A DNA stretch of 64,000 nt from Nitrospinota bacterium. Lineage in GTDB: Bacteria > UBA8248. The notes under the pieces are model-generated. The model did not search any database, was not told where the DNA came from, and worked only from the letters and a program-made list of their open reading frames with translations. A program made the position numbers and the translations under genes. The DNA lies in NCBI GenBank assembly GCA_046581755.1, contig JAYGFR010000090.1:3067-67066 (forward strand). The letters are read 5' to 3'. Below are positions 40,014-49,125 of this stretch, one piece after another; position 1 is the first letter of the stretch; every line of letters begins with the position of its first letter.

Positions 40014-40146
40014 CATTCCCCTCGCGCGCGATGATGTCCACCTCGTAGCGGGGGCCCCGGTAGTTCCGCTCCAAAATCTTGTAACCGCTACGCCGCAAAA
40101 GCTTGCAGGCGGCATCCTTGCCCTGCCGTCCGCGCTCGACGCTCAT
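39787..40146 (-). CDS. yraN: YraN-family (UPF0102) endonuclease
   Basis: [46 protein letters not shown]. Start taken at Met52 of the listed ORF, 4 nt after the rnhB stop. Confidence 0.8.
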   Translation of the reverse strand: [119 protein letters not shown]

Positions 40147-40150
40147 CCGG

Positions 40151-40759
40151 CTAGGTCCCGGCTCCGCTCGCCCCGGGAACGCCGCGAAACGTGCGCCTGT
40201 GGAGAAAGCAGGGCCCGTTCGCGCGGATGGCCTCGAGGTGAGCCCGCGTGGGGTATCCTTTGTGGCGGGCGAAGCCATAAACCGGAAACCGCCGGTCAAA
40301 GCGCTCCATCAGGCGATCCCGGACGACCTTGGCCACGATGCTCGCTGCCGCGATGCAGGCGCATGTCGAATCCCCCGAGACCACGGCCAACTGGGGCATA
40401 TCGAGAGGAATCTTCTTGTTTCCGTCAATCAGCAGGTAATCCAGCGGAGGATCGAGGCGGCGGACCGCCGTGGCCATCGCCCGGAGCGAGGCCTGGAGAA
40501 TATTTATCCGATCGATCGCGCGCGCTCCAACGGCCGCGACGGCGACCGAAAGAGCGCGCCCCTCGATTTCGACCAGAAGCGACTCGCGCCGCTTGGGCGT
40601 GAGCTTCTTGCTGTCGGCCAATCCCTCGATGGGATCTTCCGGATCGAGAACCACAGCCGCGGCGACGACGGGTCCGGCGAGCGGGCCGCGTCCCGCCTCG
40701 TCCACGCCGGCAACGGACCGGTGCCCCTCGCTGAAAAGGCGGCGCTCCAGGGCGTACAT
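40151..40759 (-). CDS. rnhB: Ribonuclease HII
   Basis: VAGVDEAGRGPLAGPVVAAAVVL...DSKKL...YLLIDG. Start taken at Met36 of the listed ORF. Confidence 0.9.
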   Translation of the reverse strand: MYALERRLFSEGHRSVAGVDEAGRGPLAGPVVAAAVVLDPEDPIEGLADSKKLTPKRRESLLVEIEGRALSVAVAAVGARAIDRINILQASLRAMATAVRRLDPPLDYLLIDGNKKIPLDMPQLAVVSGDSTCACIAAASIVAKVVRDRLMERFDRRFPVYGFARHKGYPTRAHLEAIRANGPCFLHRRTFRGVPGASGAGT

Positions 40760-40878
40760 GGGGGTCTCCGGAAAAAAAGGCGCATGGCTTTTCGGGCGGG
40801 TGAATTGTGAATATAATAAGATCATATCTTCATTAAATTCAATCGAAACTACCCAACGAACCATTCGGAGGTTTTTCC

Positions 40879-41877
40879 ATGCCCCGCCGTTCCACTCCCA
40901 AGATCGTACAGAAAGATCATTTCATCGAGGGCCTCGACCCAGGCGTCAGGCTCCACCTCCGCGAGAAACAGCCCAGCGGGCTCAAGCGCTTCGAGGAGGC
41001 GGGAACCCTTCTCATGCTCCACGGCCAGAGCATGTCCGCGCCCATCACCTACGACATCTCCCTGCCGGGCTATTCGTGGATGGACTACGCCGCCGCGCGC
41101 GGGTTCGACGTCTTTGCCCTCACCATCCGGGGCTATGGGCTCTCCACGCGTCCGCCCGAGTTCAGCGCGCCCAGGTTGGCGAATCCTCCCGCCGTGCGCG
41201 GCCGGGTCGCCCTGCGCGATATCGATGCCGCCGTCCGCTTCATCTGCAGCTACCGCAATCTCGACCGGATCAATCTCCTCGGCTACTCGTTCAGCACCAC
41301 CACCTCGGCGGCCTTTACCGCGATGAACGGAGACCGAATCCGGCGCCTGGCGCTCTATGCCCCTTTCTATGCCTACGAGCGGCCCGAAGTGGCCGCCCTT
41401 TCCGAGGCCGAAGGGATACCGGGGCGGCTCGATCCGAAGTTCGGTGCCTGGCGCTGGGTCACCCGGCGCGATCAGATGGAGCGGTGGGACGGGAGCATCC
41501 CCCGGGGACAGCATTCCAAGTGGCGGGAGGCGCGTGCGGTGAAGTATTACTGGAACGAGCAAATCAAGTTCGACCCCGAAGGCCGAAAGCGCCGCATCCC
41601 CGCCGTCAAGGTTCCCAACGGCCCCATGGCCGACCGCTACGACCGGGCCCGGGGGATCCCGCTCTACGATGCGTCCAAAATCAAGATTCCCGTCCTCCTC
41701 ATCCGGGGCGATCACGACCGCAGTTCACTCGACCCCGAGGCCAATGGCCTCTTCAAGGCCCTGACCGGAAGCCGGGGAAAGCGCCACATCATCATGGGCG
41801 ATGGGACGCATTTTATTCAGTACGAAAAGAGGCGTGAGGAGCTTTACAGCCAGGTGCAGCTTTTCATGGAGGGATAA
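40879..41877 (+). CDS. Alpha/beta-fold hydrolase
   Basis: Nucleophile elbow GYSFS, HGQSM near the oxyanion region, and a C-terminal GDGTHF with the catalytic His. Confidence 0.65.
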   Translation: MPRRSTPKIVQKDHFIEGLDPGVRLHLREKQPSGLKRFEEAGTLLMLHGQSMSAPITYDISLPGYSWMDYAAARGFDVFALTIRGYGLSTRPPEFSAPRLANPPAVRGRVALRDIDAAVRFICSYRNLDRINLLGYSFSTTTSAAFTAMNGDRIRRLALYAPFYAYERPEVAALSEAEGIPGRLDPKFGAWRWVTRRDQMERWDGSIPRGQHSKWREARAVKYYWNEQIKFDPEGRKRRIPAVKVPNGPMADRYDRARGIPLYDASKIKIPVLLIRGDHDRSSLDPEANGLFKALTGSRGKRHIIMGDGTHFIQYEKRREELYSQVQLFMEG

Positions 41878-41903
41878 AAAAACGGCGGGGAAACCTCCCC
41901 GCC
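41874..41903 (-). terminator. Rho-independent terminator closing the ffh-rplS operon
   Basis: Hairpin GGCGGGGA-aacc-TCCCCGCC. On the minus strand it is followed by TTTTTTT, and it sits 35 nt after the rplS stop. Confidence 0.75.
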
Positions 41904-41939
41904 GGTCATACGCGCGCCGAATAGCGCCATCGTGCGGTC

Positions 41940-42287
41940 CTAGTGGCGGCGCTTTTCCTTCACCTGGGCCGCCTTGCCTTTCCGGTCCCGGAGGTAGTAA
42001 AGCTTCGCCCGCCGGACACGGCCCCGCCGGATCACTTCGATCTTATCGAGCCGGGGAGAGTGAAGCGGGAATATCCGCTCGACGCCGATTCCGTAGGACA
42101 TCTTGCGCACCCGGAACGTCTCCCTGAGACCTCCCCCGCTCCGCCCAATGACGAATCCCTCGAAGACCTGGATCCGCTCCTTCTCGCCTTCGAGAATTCT
42201 GACATGCACGCGGACCGTATCGCCCGGTGCAAAATCGGGGATATCCTTCCGCATCCCCTCGCGCTCGATGCGATCGATGACATTCAA
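41940..42287 (-). CDS. rplS: 50S ribosomal protein L19
   Basis: [44 protein letters not shown]. Confidence 0.95.
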   Translation of the reverse strand: MNVIDRIEREGMRKDIPDFAPGDTVRVHVRILEGEKERIQVFEGFVIGRSGGGLRETFRVRKMSYGIGVERIFPLHSPRLDKIEVIRRGRVRRAKLYYLRDRKGKAAQVKEKRRH

Positions 42288-42919
42288 GGAATTGCTCCTT
42301 CTTCCAGCGAACCGGCCGCCAGCGAACCGGATGCCTTCGGCGCCGACAACTCTTTTGCGCCGAAAAGACGATCCAAAACGACGGCCGCCGCCGCCCGGAC
42401 AGATAAGTGATTATACCCGGAATTTCCCACCCCGCGTATAGATGGAAGCATGAAATCCAACCGATCCATCACCTCGGGCGCAAGCCCCCAACTCGTGCCG
42501 AACAAAATCAGGCCGGGCCGGATCGAATCACGAAGGCGGACGCCCATCTCTCCGAAACCCGAGGAGTCCCCGCCCTCCCGGGCCGAGGTTCCCACCAACA
42601 GGGGCTTTTCGCCCTCCCTGGCCTCGATGGCCACCATCGCCGAGTCGATATCCGGTACCACCTGGATCTGCTGCTCCAGGGTGTCGCCGCGCTCGGGATG
42701 AAGCCTACGCCCGGGCCCGTTCACGAAATGGTCCGAGACGTTGGCGATGAAACGGCGCTGAGCCGCCGAAGGGTGTACCATAAACGTCCCCGCGACGCCA
42801 TAGGTCCTGGCCGCCCTCGCCAAATCGTGCATATCGAGGCTCGTAACGGATGAGGTCACCACCCGGCCCGTGCGGTTCATCACCGGATGGTGGATGAGTG
42901 CGATGTAGCTCCGCGCCAA
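42284..42919 (-). CDS. Predicted SPOUT-superfamily RNA methyltransferase (DUF2168/Methyltrn_RNA_4-like)
   Basis: [45 protein letters not shown]. Its position between trmD and rplS is conserved for this family as far as I recall. The family call is from memory. Confidence 0.45.
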   Translation of the reverse strand: MARSYIALIHHPVMNRTGRVVTSSVTSLDMHDLARAARTYGVAGTFMVHPSAAQRRFIANVSDHFVNGPGRRLHPERGDTLEQQIQVVPDIDSAMVAIEAREGEKPLLVGTSAREGGDSSGFGEMGVRLRDSIRPGLILFGTSWGLAPEVMDRLDFMLPSIRGVGNSGYNHLSVRAAAAVVLDRLFGAKELSAPKASGSLAAGSLEEGAIP

Positions 42920-42932
42920 GGCGGGATCCTCC

Positions 42933-43661
42933 TCAACACTCGGAAGACGAATCGAGCAGGCGGCGATCCTCTTCGCTCAATTCCGCCCGGTCTAACAGGT
43001 CCGGCCGCCGCTTGAGGGTGCGCCGCAGGGAGGCCCGCCGCCGCCACCGCCGAATCTCATCGTGGTCCCCCGAAATCAGGACTTCGGGCACCCGCATTCC
43101 CCGGAACTCGGGAGGCCGGGTGTAATGGGGACATTCGAGCAGCCCCATCGTGAAGCTGTCGTTCCGGGCCGAATCCTCGTTCCCCAGTACGCCGGGCAGG
43201 AGGCGGCTCACGGCGTCGATGACGAGAACGGCCGGAATCTCTCCCCCGGTGAGCACATAATCGCCGGCCGATATCTCCTCGTCCACGAAACCCTCGCGGA
43301 CCCGCTCGTCCACCCCCTCGTAGCGCCCGCAAATCAAGACCAGCGGCCCGGCCCGGCCGGCCAGTTCCTCGGCTTTTTTCTGGTTGAAGGGCCGCCCCTG
43401 GGGGGTCAGGAATATACGCCAGGGCGCCTGCCCATCCGGTATGGCCTCGATCGCCCGGACGATGGGCTCGGGCTTCATGACCATTCCGGCCCCTCCGCCA
43501 TAGGGAGAATCGTCCGTCTGGCGGTAGCTGCCCTCGGCGAAATCCCTGAGATTCCAGATTTCGATCTCGATGAGCCCCCGCTCCGCCGCCCGGCCGATGA
43601 CGCCGTAGCCGAAAATGCCCTTGAGCAAATCAGGGAAGACTGTCAGCACATCAAACCGCAT
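42933..43661 (-). CDS. trmD: tRNA (guanine37-N1)-methyltransferase
   Basis: [12 protein letters not shown]...[17 protein letters not shown]...[12 protein letters not shown]. Confidence 0.95.
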   Translation of the reverse strand: MRFDVLTVFPDLLKGIFGYGVIGRAAERGLIEIEIWNLRDFAEGSYRQTDDSPYGGGAGMVMKPEPIVRAIEAIPDGQAPWRIFLTPQGRPFNQKKAEELAGRAGPLVLICGRYEGVDERVREGFVDEEISAGDYVLTGGEIPAVLVIDAVSRLLPGVLGNEDSARNDSFTMGLLECPHYTRPPEFRGMRVPEVLISGDHDEIRRWRRRASLRRTLKRRPDLLDRAELSEEDRRLLDSSSEC

Positions 43662-44184
43662 CCGGGGCCTCCTCGCCGTCCGCCTCGTCAGGGAACTGGG
43701 GTGGGCGGACCACCCAGCGGCCTTCCTCGCGACGGAGGACGGACTCCCGGTTCGCGGGGATCAGCAATTCCTCCCCCCCGGGCACGGAGACGACAATCAC
43801 GTCGTTCCCCCCGGCCCCGAACAAATCCACAATCCGGCCCAGCATACGGCCCGATTCATCCACCGCATCGAGACCCTCGAAATCCTCCCAGTAGTACACC
43901 CCCTCCTCGGGGCCTGGGAAAAACTCGCGGCCGGCCAAAAAAACAGCACCCCGAAGCTCTTCCGCCGCTTCGGGGCTGTCGATACCCTTAAATTTCCAAA
44001 CGATGGAGCCTTTTCCGGCCCGCTTGAAGGAATTGATCTCAAGCCGGCGGGCGGGATCGGATTTCAGGAACACCTCGGGAATCCGCCTGTAGGCCTCGAT
44101 GCCCTCCATCCAGGGATTCACTCGGACTTCGCCCCTCAGTCCCTGAGCCCTGACCGCCTCTCCCACCGCCACGCGGCCGCTCAT
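43651..44184 (-). CDS. rimM: 16S rRNA processing protein RimM
   Basis: [17 protein letters not shown]...PRB barrel...[12 protein letters not shown]. Confidence 0.85.
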   Translation of the reverse strand: MSGRVAVGEAVRAQGLRGEVRVNPWMEGIEAYRRIPEVFLKSDPARRLEINSFKRAGKGSIVWKFKGIDSPEAAEELRGAVFLAGREFFPGPEEGVYYWEDFEGLDAVDESGRMLGRIVDLFGAGGNDVIVVSVPGGEELLIPANRESVLRREEGRWVVRPPQFPDEADGEEAPDAV

Positions 44185-44202
44185 CCGGACACTCCCTGTG
44201 GC

Positions 44203-44448
44203 CTAAACCTCGATGCCGGCCTTTACGAGCAAATTTTGCACCGTCCGGGTGGGCTTGGCCCCCTTTCCCAGCCACTCCTTGGCTTTATCCCCATCGATCT
44301 CGATGAGGGAAGGACTCTGGGTGGGGTCGTACCGGCCGATACTCTCGATAAACCGGCCGTCCCTCGGCATCCGCTCGTCCTGAACGACGATCCGGTAGTG
44401 CGGAGCCTTCTTCATTCCGCCACGGGCAAGTCGAATCTTTACAGCCAA
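44203..44448 (-). CDS. rpsP: 30S ribosomal protein S16
   Basis: [42 protein letters not shown]. Confidence 0.95.
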   Translation of the reverse strand: MAVKIRLARGGMKKAPHYRIVVQDERMPRDGRFIESIGRYDPTQSPSLIEIDGDKAKEWLGKGAKPTRTVQNLLVKAGIEV

Positions 44449-44460
44449 TTTTTCATCTCC

Positions 44461-45795
44461 TTAATGATTGAACATCCGCTGCATCACTTGCATCTGCTTC
44501 CGTTTACCACCTTTCGACAGTTTTCGCATCATCTTTTGCATCTGGGTGAATTGTTTCAGCACCCGGTTAACCTGGGCCACCTCGGTCCCGCTTCCCGCCG
44601 CGATCCTCCTCCGGTGGCTCCCCTTGATGATGGCCGGGCGGCGGCGCTCCGCAGGCGTCATGGAATCGATGATGGCCACCGTGCGGACCACCTCCTTGTC
44701 GTCCACCTCGACGCCCTTCATTTTGGCGCCCAGGCCCGGAACCATGGAGAGAATTTCGCTCATCGAGCCCATCTTGCGCATCTGGAGCATCTGGTCCCGG
44801 AAAATTTCGAGCGAAAACCCTCCCTTCTGGATACTTTCGGCCATCTCCCTGGCGGCTTCGGGCTCGAAGGCCGTCTCGGCCTTCTCGATGAGGGAGAGCA
44901 TATCGCCCATCCCCAGGATGCGCGAGGCCATCCGTTCGGGATGAAATTCCTCGAGCGCATCGAGCTTCTCGCCGACGCCCACGAGCTTGATGGGAACCCC
45001 CGTCACCGCCCGGAGCGAGACCGCCGCCCCGCCACGCGCGTCGCCGTCCATCTTCGTAAGCACAACGCCCGTCAGGCCCACCGCCTCGCCGAACGCCTCG
45101 CCCAGGTTGACGGCCTCCTGGCCGGTCATGGCGTCCGCCACGAGGAGCACCTCGTGTGGCGCGGCCGCCTCATTCATCCGGCGGAGCTCGTCCATCAAAT
45201 CATCGTCCACATGCATCCGCCCCGCCGTGTCCACGATGCAATAATCGAAATGCTCGGCCCGGGCACGTCTCAGCGCCTCCCGGACGATGGCCACCGGATC
45301 GCTCATCCCCTCCGAGTCGAACGCCTCGGCGGCGGCCTGCTCGGCCAGACGCTTGAGCTGAAGGATGGCCGCGGGACGGGCCACGTCCGCCGGAACCAAA
45401 AGAACGCGGAAGCCCTGCTTCCTGAAGCGCCGGGCCAGCTTGCCGGCGGTGGTCGTTTTTCCCGATCCCTGAAGGCCGGCCAACATGATAACGGTGACGC
45501 CCGTTTTGGCCTTTTTCAGGCTCGCCCCCCAGCCTCCCATGAGATCGATTAGGGCGGCCTGGACGGCCTTCACCACCTGCTGGGAGGGGTCCAGATGCGC
45601 GGCCTGGTCCATTCCCACGAGATCGCCCCGGACCTTGACGACAAAATCCTTGGCCAGTTTAAAATGGACATCGGCCTCGAGCAGGGCCATGCGAATCTCG
45701 CGGAGGGCGGCATCCACCTCCCGCTCGCCGAGCACGCCCCGGGAGCGCAGATCCTTGAAAATTCCGCCCAAGCGATCACGCAAACCTTCAAACAT
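44461..45795 (-). CDS. ffh: Signal recognition particle protein Ffh
   Basis: N-domain, then a G-domain with GLQGSGKTTTAGKLA, then a Met-rich M-domain. Confidence 0.95.
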   Translation of the reverse strand: MFEGLRDRLGGIFKDLRSRGVLGEREVDAALREIRMALLEADVHFKLAKDFVVKVRGDLVGMDQAAHLDPSQQVVKAVQAALIDLMGGWGASLKKAKTGVTVIMLAGLQGSGKTTTAGKLARRFRKQGFRVLLVPADVARPAAILQLKRLAEQAAAEAFDSEGMSDPVAIVREALRRARAEHFDYCIVDTAGRMHVDDDLMDELRRMNEAAAPHEVLLVADAMTGQEAVNLGEAFGEAVGLTGVVLTKMDGDARGGAAVSLRAVTGVPIKLVGVGEKLDALEEFHPERMASRILGMGDMLSLIEKAETAFEPEAAREMAESIQKGGFSLEIFRDQMLQMRKMGSMSEILSMVPGLGAKMKGVEVDDKEVVRTVAIIDSMTPAERRRPAIIKGSHRRRIAAGSGTEVAQVNRVLKQFTQMQKMMRKLSKGGKRKQMQVMQRMFNH

Positions 45796-45921
45796 GATTC
45801 GGTCTCTTCCGCCCCCCGGCGGTCGTAGGTGAACCGGCGCGGGCCTCCAATCGATAAGGCCCAGAAAAACATATTCTTATAAGGGATCGGGGGCCGACAT
45901 TGCAACACCCCGCCTCAAGGA

Positions 45922-46602
45922 TCAACCATCGCCCCGAATCTGCCGGATGGCCCCGGCGTAGTCGTCTGTCCCGTAAACCGCCGATCCGGCCACCAGCACG
46001 TCGGCGCCCGCCTCGCGGACCTGGGCCGCGTTTCCGGGGTTCACCCCCCCGTCCACTTCAAGGAGAACGAGCAGCCCCTCCCGGCCGATCCGCTCCCTGA
46101 GAGACCGGATGCGCTCCAGCGAGCCGGGGATGAATTTTTGGCCCGAAAAGCCGGGGTTCACGCTCATCACCAGCGCCATGTCCGCCTCGCCCAGATGCGC
46201 CTCGACGGCATCGAGCGGGGTTCCCGGATTCAGGGTGATCCCCGCGACCAGGCCGAGGGCGCGGATTTTCCGGAGGGTCCGGCCCATGTCGGGGGAGGTC
46301 TCTGCGTGCACGGTCAGAATATCCGCCCCGGCCTTCGCAAAAACCTCCAGATACTTGTCCGGTTCCGAAATCATCAGGTGAACGTCCAGCACCAAATCCG
46401 GCGCCGCGCGTCGGGCGGCCTCCACCCCGAGCGGGCCGACCGAGATATTGGGCACGAAATGGCCGTCCATGACGTCGAAATGAAGCCAATCGGCCCCGGC
46501 GGCCTGGACGGCCCGAATCTCCTCGGCCATGACCTCGAAGCGGCACGAAAGCAACGAGGGCGCCACCCGGACAGCGCCCGGGCTCATATCCGGTTTCGGC
46601 AT
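45922..46602 (-). CDS. rpe: Ribulose-phosphate 3-epimerase
   Basis: APSLLSCRFEVMAEEI...HFDVMDGHFVPN...MSVNPGFSGQKF. Confidence 0.9.
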   Translation of the reverse strand: MPKPDMSPGAVRVAPSLLSCRFEVMAEEIRAVQAAGADWLHFDVMDGHFVPNISVGPLGVEAARRAAPDLVLDVHLMISEPDKYLEVFAKAGADILTVHAETSPDMGRTLRKIRALGLVAGITLNPGTPLDAVEAHLGEADMALVMSVNPGFSGQKFIPGSLERIRSLRERIGREGLLVLLEVDGGVNPGNAAQVREAGADVLVAGSAVYGTDDYAGAIRQIRGDG

Positions 46603-46611
46603 GAGGGGTTC

Positions 46612-47550
46612 CTAGTGGTCCTGCTCTTCGATGAGTTCGTTGTCGAGATAGATGCGCGCCCAGGTCCTTCCCTTCAGAGGAATCAGGATATGAATCTCCT
46701 CGCCCGCACGGACCTGGCGCGAGAGAACATCTTTTTTCTCTTCCCCCGATTCCAGCTCGATCCGAAGATGGCGACGGGGCCTGCCGGGCGGAACCCGGTA
46801 GCGGAGTACACTGAAATTCCCGACCAGCCCCTGGGAGCCACGGGCAACGTCCACATGCACCCGCTGGCCCGCCAGAACGCGGTAGCCCGACTGTGGAATC
46901 TGGGAGACGATCGTGCCCCGAAGCGCCCCCTCGCGATCGAGATAGCGGACCCTGCCCACCGCCAAGCCAATCTTCCGCATCCGGTCGAGCGCCTTGTTGA
47001 CCGGCTCGCCGATGAGGGTGGGCATCGCGTAGGAGCGCTCGGCCCCCCCCTGGCTCACGAGAAGAACCACCTGATCTCCCCGGCGGGCGCTCCCGCCCAC
47101 GGCGGGCCATACGCCGAGCACCTCATCCACCCGTCTCTCCTGATCGAACACCCGCTCGATGTGGCCAACCCGCAGGCCGTTCAGGCGGACCAGCGTCTCG
47201 GCGCGGCTCAGGTCCTCGCCCACGAGGGGCGGCACCTTCACATCACGCGCGCCCCTGCTGATGATGAGCGATACGGTGCGGCCCTTGCGGATTCTCCGCC
47301 CGCCCGGGGGCGATTGGCCCAGGATATGATTTTGAGGCACCTCATCGCTGAAGACCCATCCGCTCACCCTAAGCGGAATCCCCCGTTCGCTGAGCATTTC
47401 GAGGCCTCGAACAATGTCCTGTCCGGCCAGTTGGGGCAGATAGACCCCCTCGCCTCCGCGCCAAACATAAATCGCGCCGAGGCCGGCCGCCCCGCCCAGG
47501 ACCAGAAAAAATACGGCCCAGACCAATCCCCTGAAAAGCGCCCGGATCAT
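46612..47550 (-). CDS. PASTA-domain protein (three PASTA repeats, N-terminal TM, no kinase domain)
   Basis: N-terminal transmembrane segment, then three PASTA-like units (GQDIVRGLEMLSERGIPLRV..., GEDLSRAETLVRLNGLRVGHI..., GEPVNKALDRMRKIGLAVGRV...). The start ATG overlaps the rsmB stop (ATGA). Confidence 0.7.
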   Translation of the reverse strand: MIRALFRGLVWAVFFLVLGGAAGLGAIYVWRGGEGVYLPQLAGQDIVRGLEMLSERGIPLRVSGWVFSDEVPQNHILGQSPPGGRRIRKGRTVSLIISRGARDVKVPPLVGEDLSRAETLVRLNGLRVGHIERVFDQERRVDEVLGVWPAVGGSARRGDQVVLLVSQGGAERSYAMPTLIGEPVNKALDRMRKIGLAVGRVRYLDREGALRGTIVSQIPQSGYRVLAGQRVHVDVARGSQGLVGNFSVLRYRVPPGRPRRHLRIELESGEEKKDVLSRQVRAGEEIHILIPLKGRTWARIYLDNELIEEQDH

Positions 47551-49124
47551 GTTCCCTCTTTCGTGCGCCGCCACCTTACGGCGAAAAATCCATCGAGACC
47601 CAACCCGCCTTCAGGAAGGATGCGAAGAGCACCGTCATCTCCGGCGAACCCGCGCGCGCCCGGCGGAAGATGATCCGCCCCCGGCTCGCGGACAAAGCCC
47701 GGCCCGTCCATCGCCGAGGCCACCTCGTCCGTCTCCTCGGGCTCGTTTGTGCATACCGCATAGGTGAGGGACCCGCCCGGCCGCACGGCCCGCGCCGAAC
47801 CCTCGAGAATGGCGCGCTGCATCCGTCCGTGGCGGGCGAAATCCTCTTCGCGGAGCCGCCACCGCGCGTCCGGGTGACGGCGCAGGACGCCCGTTCCCGA
47901 ACATGGCGCATCCACGAAAACGCTGTCGAATACATCTCCAAAGGCGGGCTTTCCCGCGTCCATGACCACAATCCGGACGGGAGCGCCAATTCTAGCACAG
48001 TTACTTTTAAGCCGTCCGAGCCGTGCCAAGACACTGTCGGCGGCGGTGACCATGCCCTCCGGCCCGGTCATCCAAGAGATCACCGCCGTTTTCCCTCCCG
48101 GCGCGGCACAGATATCGAGCGCCCGGGCGCCCGGCCGGATTCCCGCGAACCGCGCGGCCAGGCTGGCTGCCTCATCCTGGACGATAAAGGCCCCTGCCTC
48201 GAACGAGGACGTTTTCGTGAAGGAAACCGCCCGGTTTCCGGTGGAGGCATCCACCCACAGACAATCCGGATCGGCGCGGCCGGGTGAGGTGGCGACTCCC
48301 TCGATCTTGAGGCGGCCGGCCAGAGAGGCCGCGTCCGTCAGGAGCGCATTCGCCCGGATGACGACCGGCCCCTCGGCGTTGTTCGCCTCGCACCGCGCGC
48401 GGGCCGCCTTGGCCCCGAGCGCCCGGATCCATCTTTTCACTAGCCAGCGGGGGTGGGACTCCCAGATCGTCAGGCGATCCTCCAGATCCTTGGGCGGCTT
48501 GAGCGGCTCTCGGGCCACCCGGCGGAGGACGGCGTTGACCAGCCCCCGGGCGCTTTTTCCTTTTTTTCTTCCAGCCAGGTGGACCGAGGCGTTCACCGCC
48601 CCGTGATCGGGTACCCGGTCCATGAACATGATCTGATAGGCCCCCAGCCGGAGCGCCTCGCGGACGGCGGAGGACAACCGCTCCCGAGGCTCGTTCAGAA
48701 ACCGCTCGTAGGAGGTATCCAAGCGGCCCCGCCACCGGAGCACGCCATAAAGGAGTTCGCGAAAAAAACCCCGATCCCTCAGGTTGAAATCCGGAAAGGC
48801 GAACCGGGAGAGAAGGTTCTCCGCGTTCGAGGCGCGGCGGCTGAACGCCATCAGCGCCTCATGGGCGGCCTCGCGGACCGGGTCCGCCCCCGAGGGGCCG
48901 GAGATTTTCACCTGCGGACGCTCGGCGGGGTGGCCTTTTTTCCCCTTGGATTGCGCGGGAGCGGGACGCTTCGTCTTTCTCGGGTCGGCACCCGGGGGAG
49001 CGGAGACTTTCGTTTGCGGACGCCCGGCGGGGCGGCCTTTTTTCCCTCTGGATTGCGTGGGAGCGGGGCGCTTCGTCTTTTTCGGCCCGGCGCGGCCTCT
49101 GCCCGTTGGGCGGGTGGGGCTCAT
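47547..49124 (-). CDS. rsmB: 16S rRNA (cytosine967-C5)-methyltransferase RsmB with a repeated basic N-terminal extension
   Basis: NusB-like N-domain and a SAM methyltransferase domain (DICAAPGGKT, DAPCSGTGV). It is preceded by ~75 aa of K/R/P-rich repeat. The ATG overlaps the fmt stop. Confidence 0.85.
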   Translation of the reverse strand: MSPTRPTGRGRAGPKKTKRPAPTQSRGKKGRPAGRPQTKVSAPPGADPRKTKRPAPAQSKGKKGHPAERPQVKISGPSGADPVREAAHEALMAFSRRASNAENLLSRFAFPDFNLRDRGFFRELLYGVLRWRGRLDTSYERFLNEPRERLSSAVREALRLGAYQIMFMDRVPDHGAVNASVHLAGRKKGKSARGLVNAVLRRVAREPLKPPKDLEDRLTIWESHPRWLVKRWIRALGAKAARARCEANNAEGPVVIRANALLTDAASLAGRLKIEGVATSPGRADPDCLWVDASTGNRAVSFTKTSSFEAGAFIVQDEAASLAARFAGIRPGARALDICAAPGGKTAVISWMTGPEGMVTAADSVLARLGRLKSNCARIGAPVRIVVMDAGKPAFGDVFDSVFVDAPCSGTGVLRRHPDARWRLREEDFARHGRMQRAILEGSARAVRPGGSLTYAVCTNEPEETDEVASAMDGPGFVREPGADHLPPGARGFAGDDGALRILPEGGLGLDGFFAVRWRRTKEGT

Positions 49125-49125
49125 C
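48905..49125. repeat. Tandem direct repeat (2 units of ~111 bp, ~85% identical) within the 5' end of rsmB
   Basis: Unit A ..tgcggacgctcggcggggtggccttttttccccttggattgcgcgggagcgggacgcttcgtctttctcgg.. and unit B ..tgcggacgcccggcggggcggccttttttccctctggattgcgtgggagcggggcgcttcgtctttttcgg.. encode KTKRPAPxQSxGKKGxPAxRPQxKxSxPxGADP twice. Confidence 0.8.
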
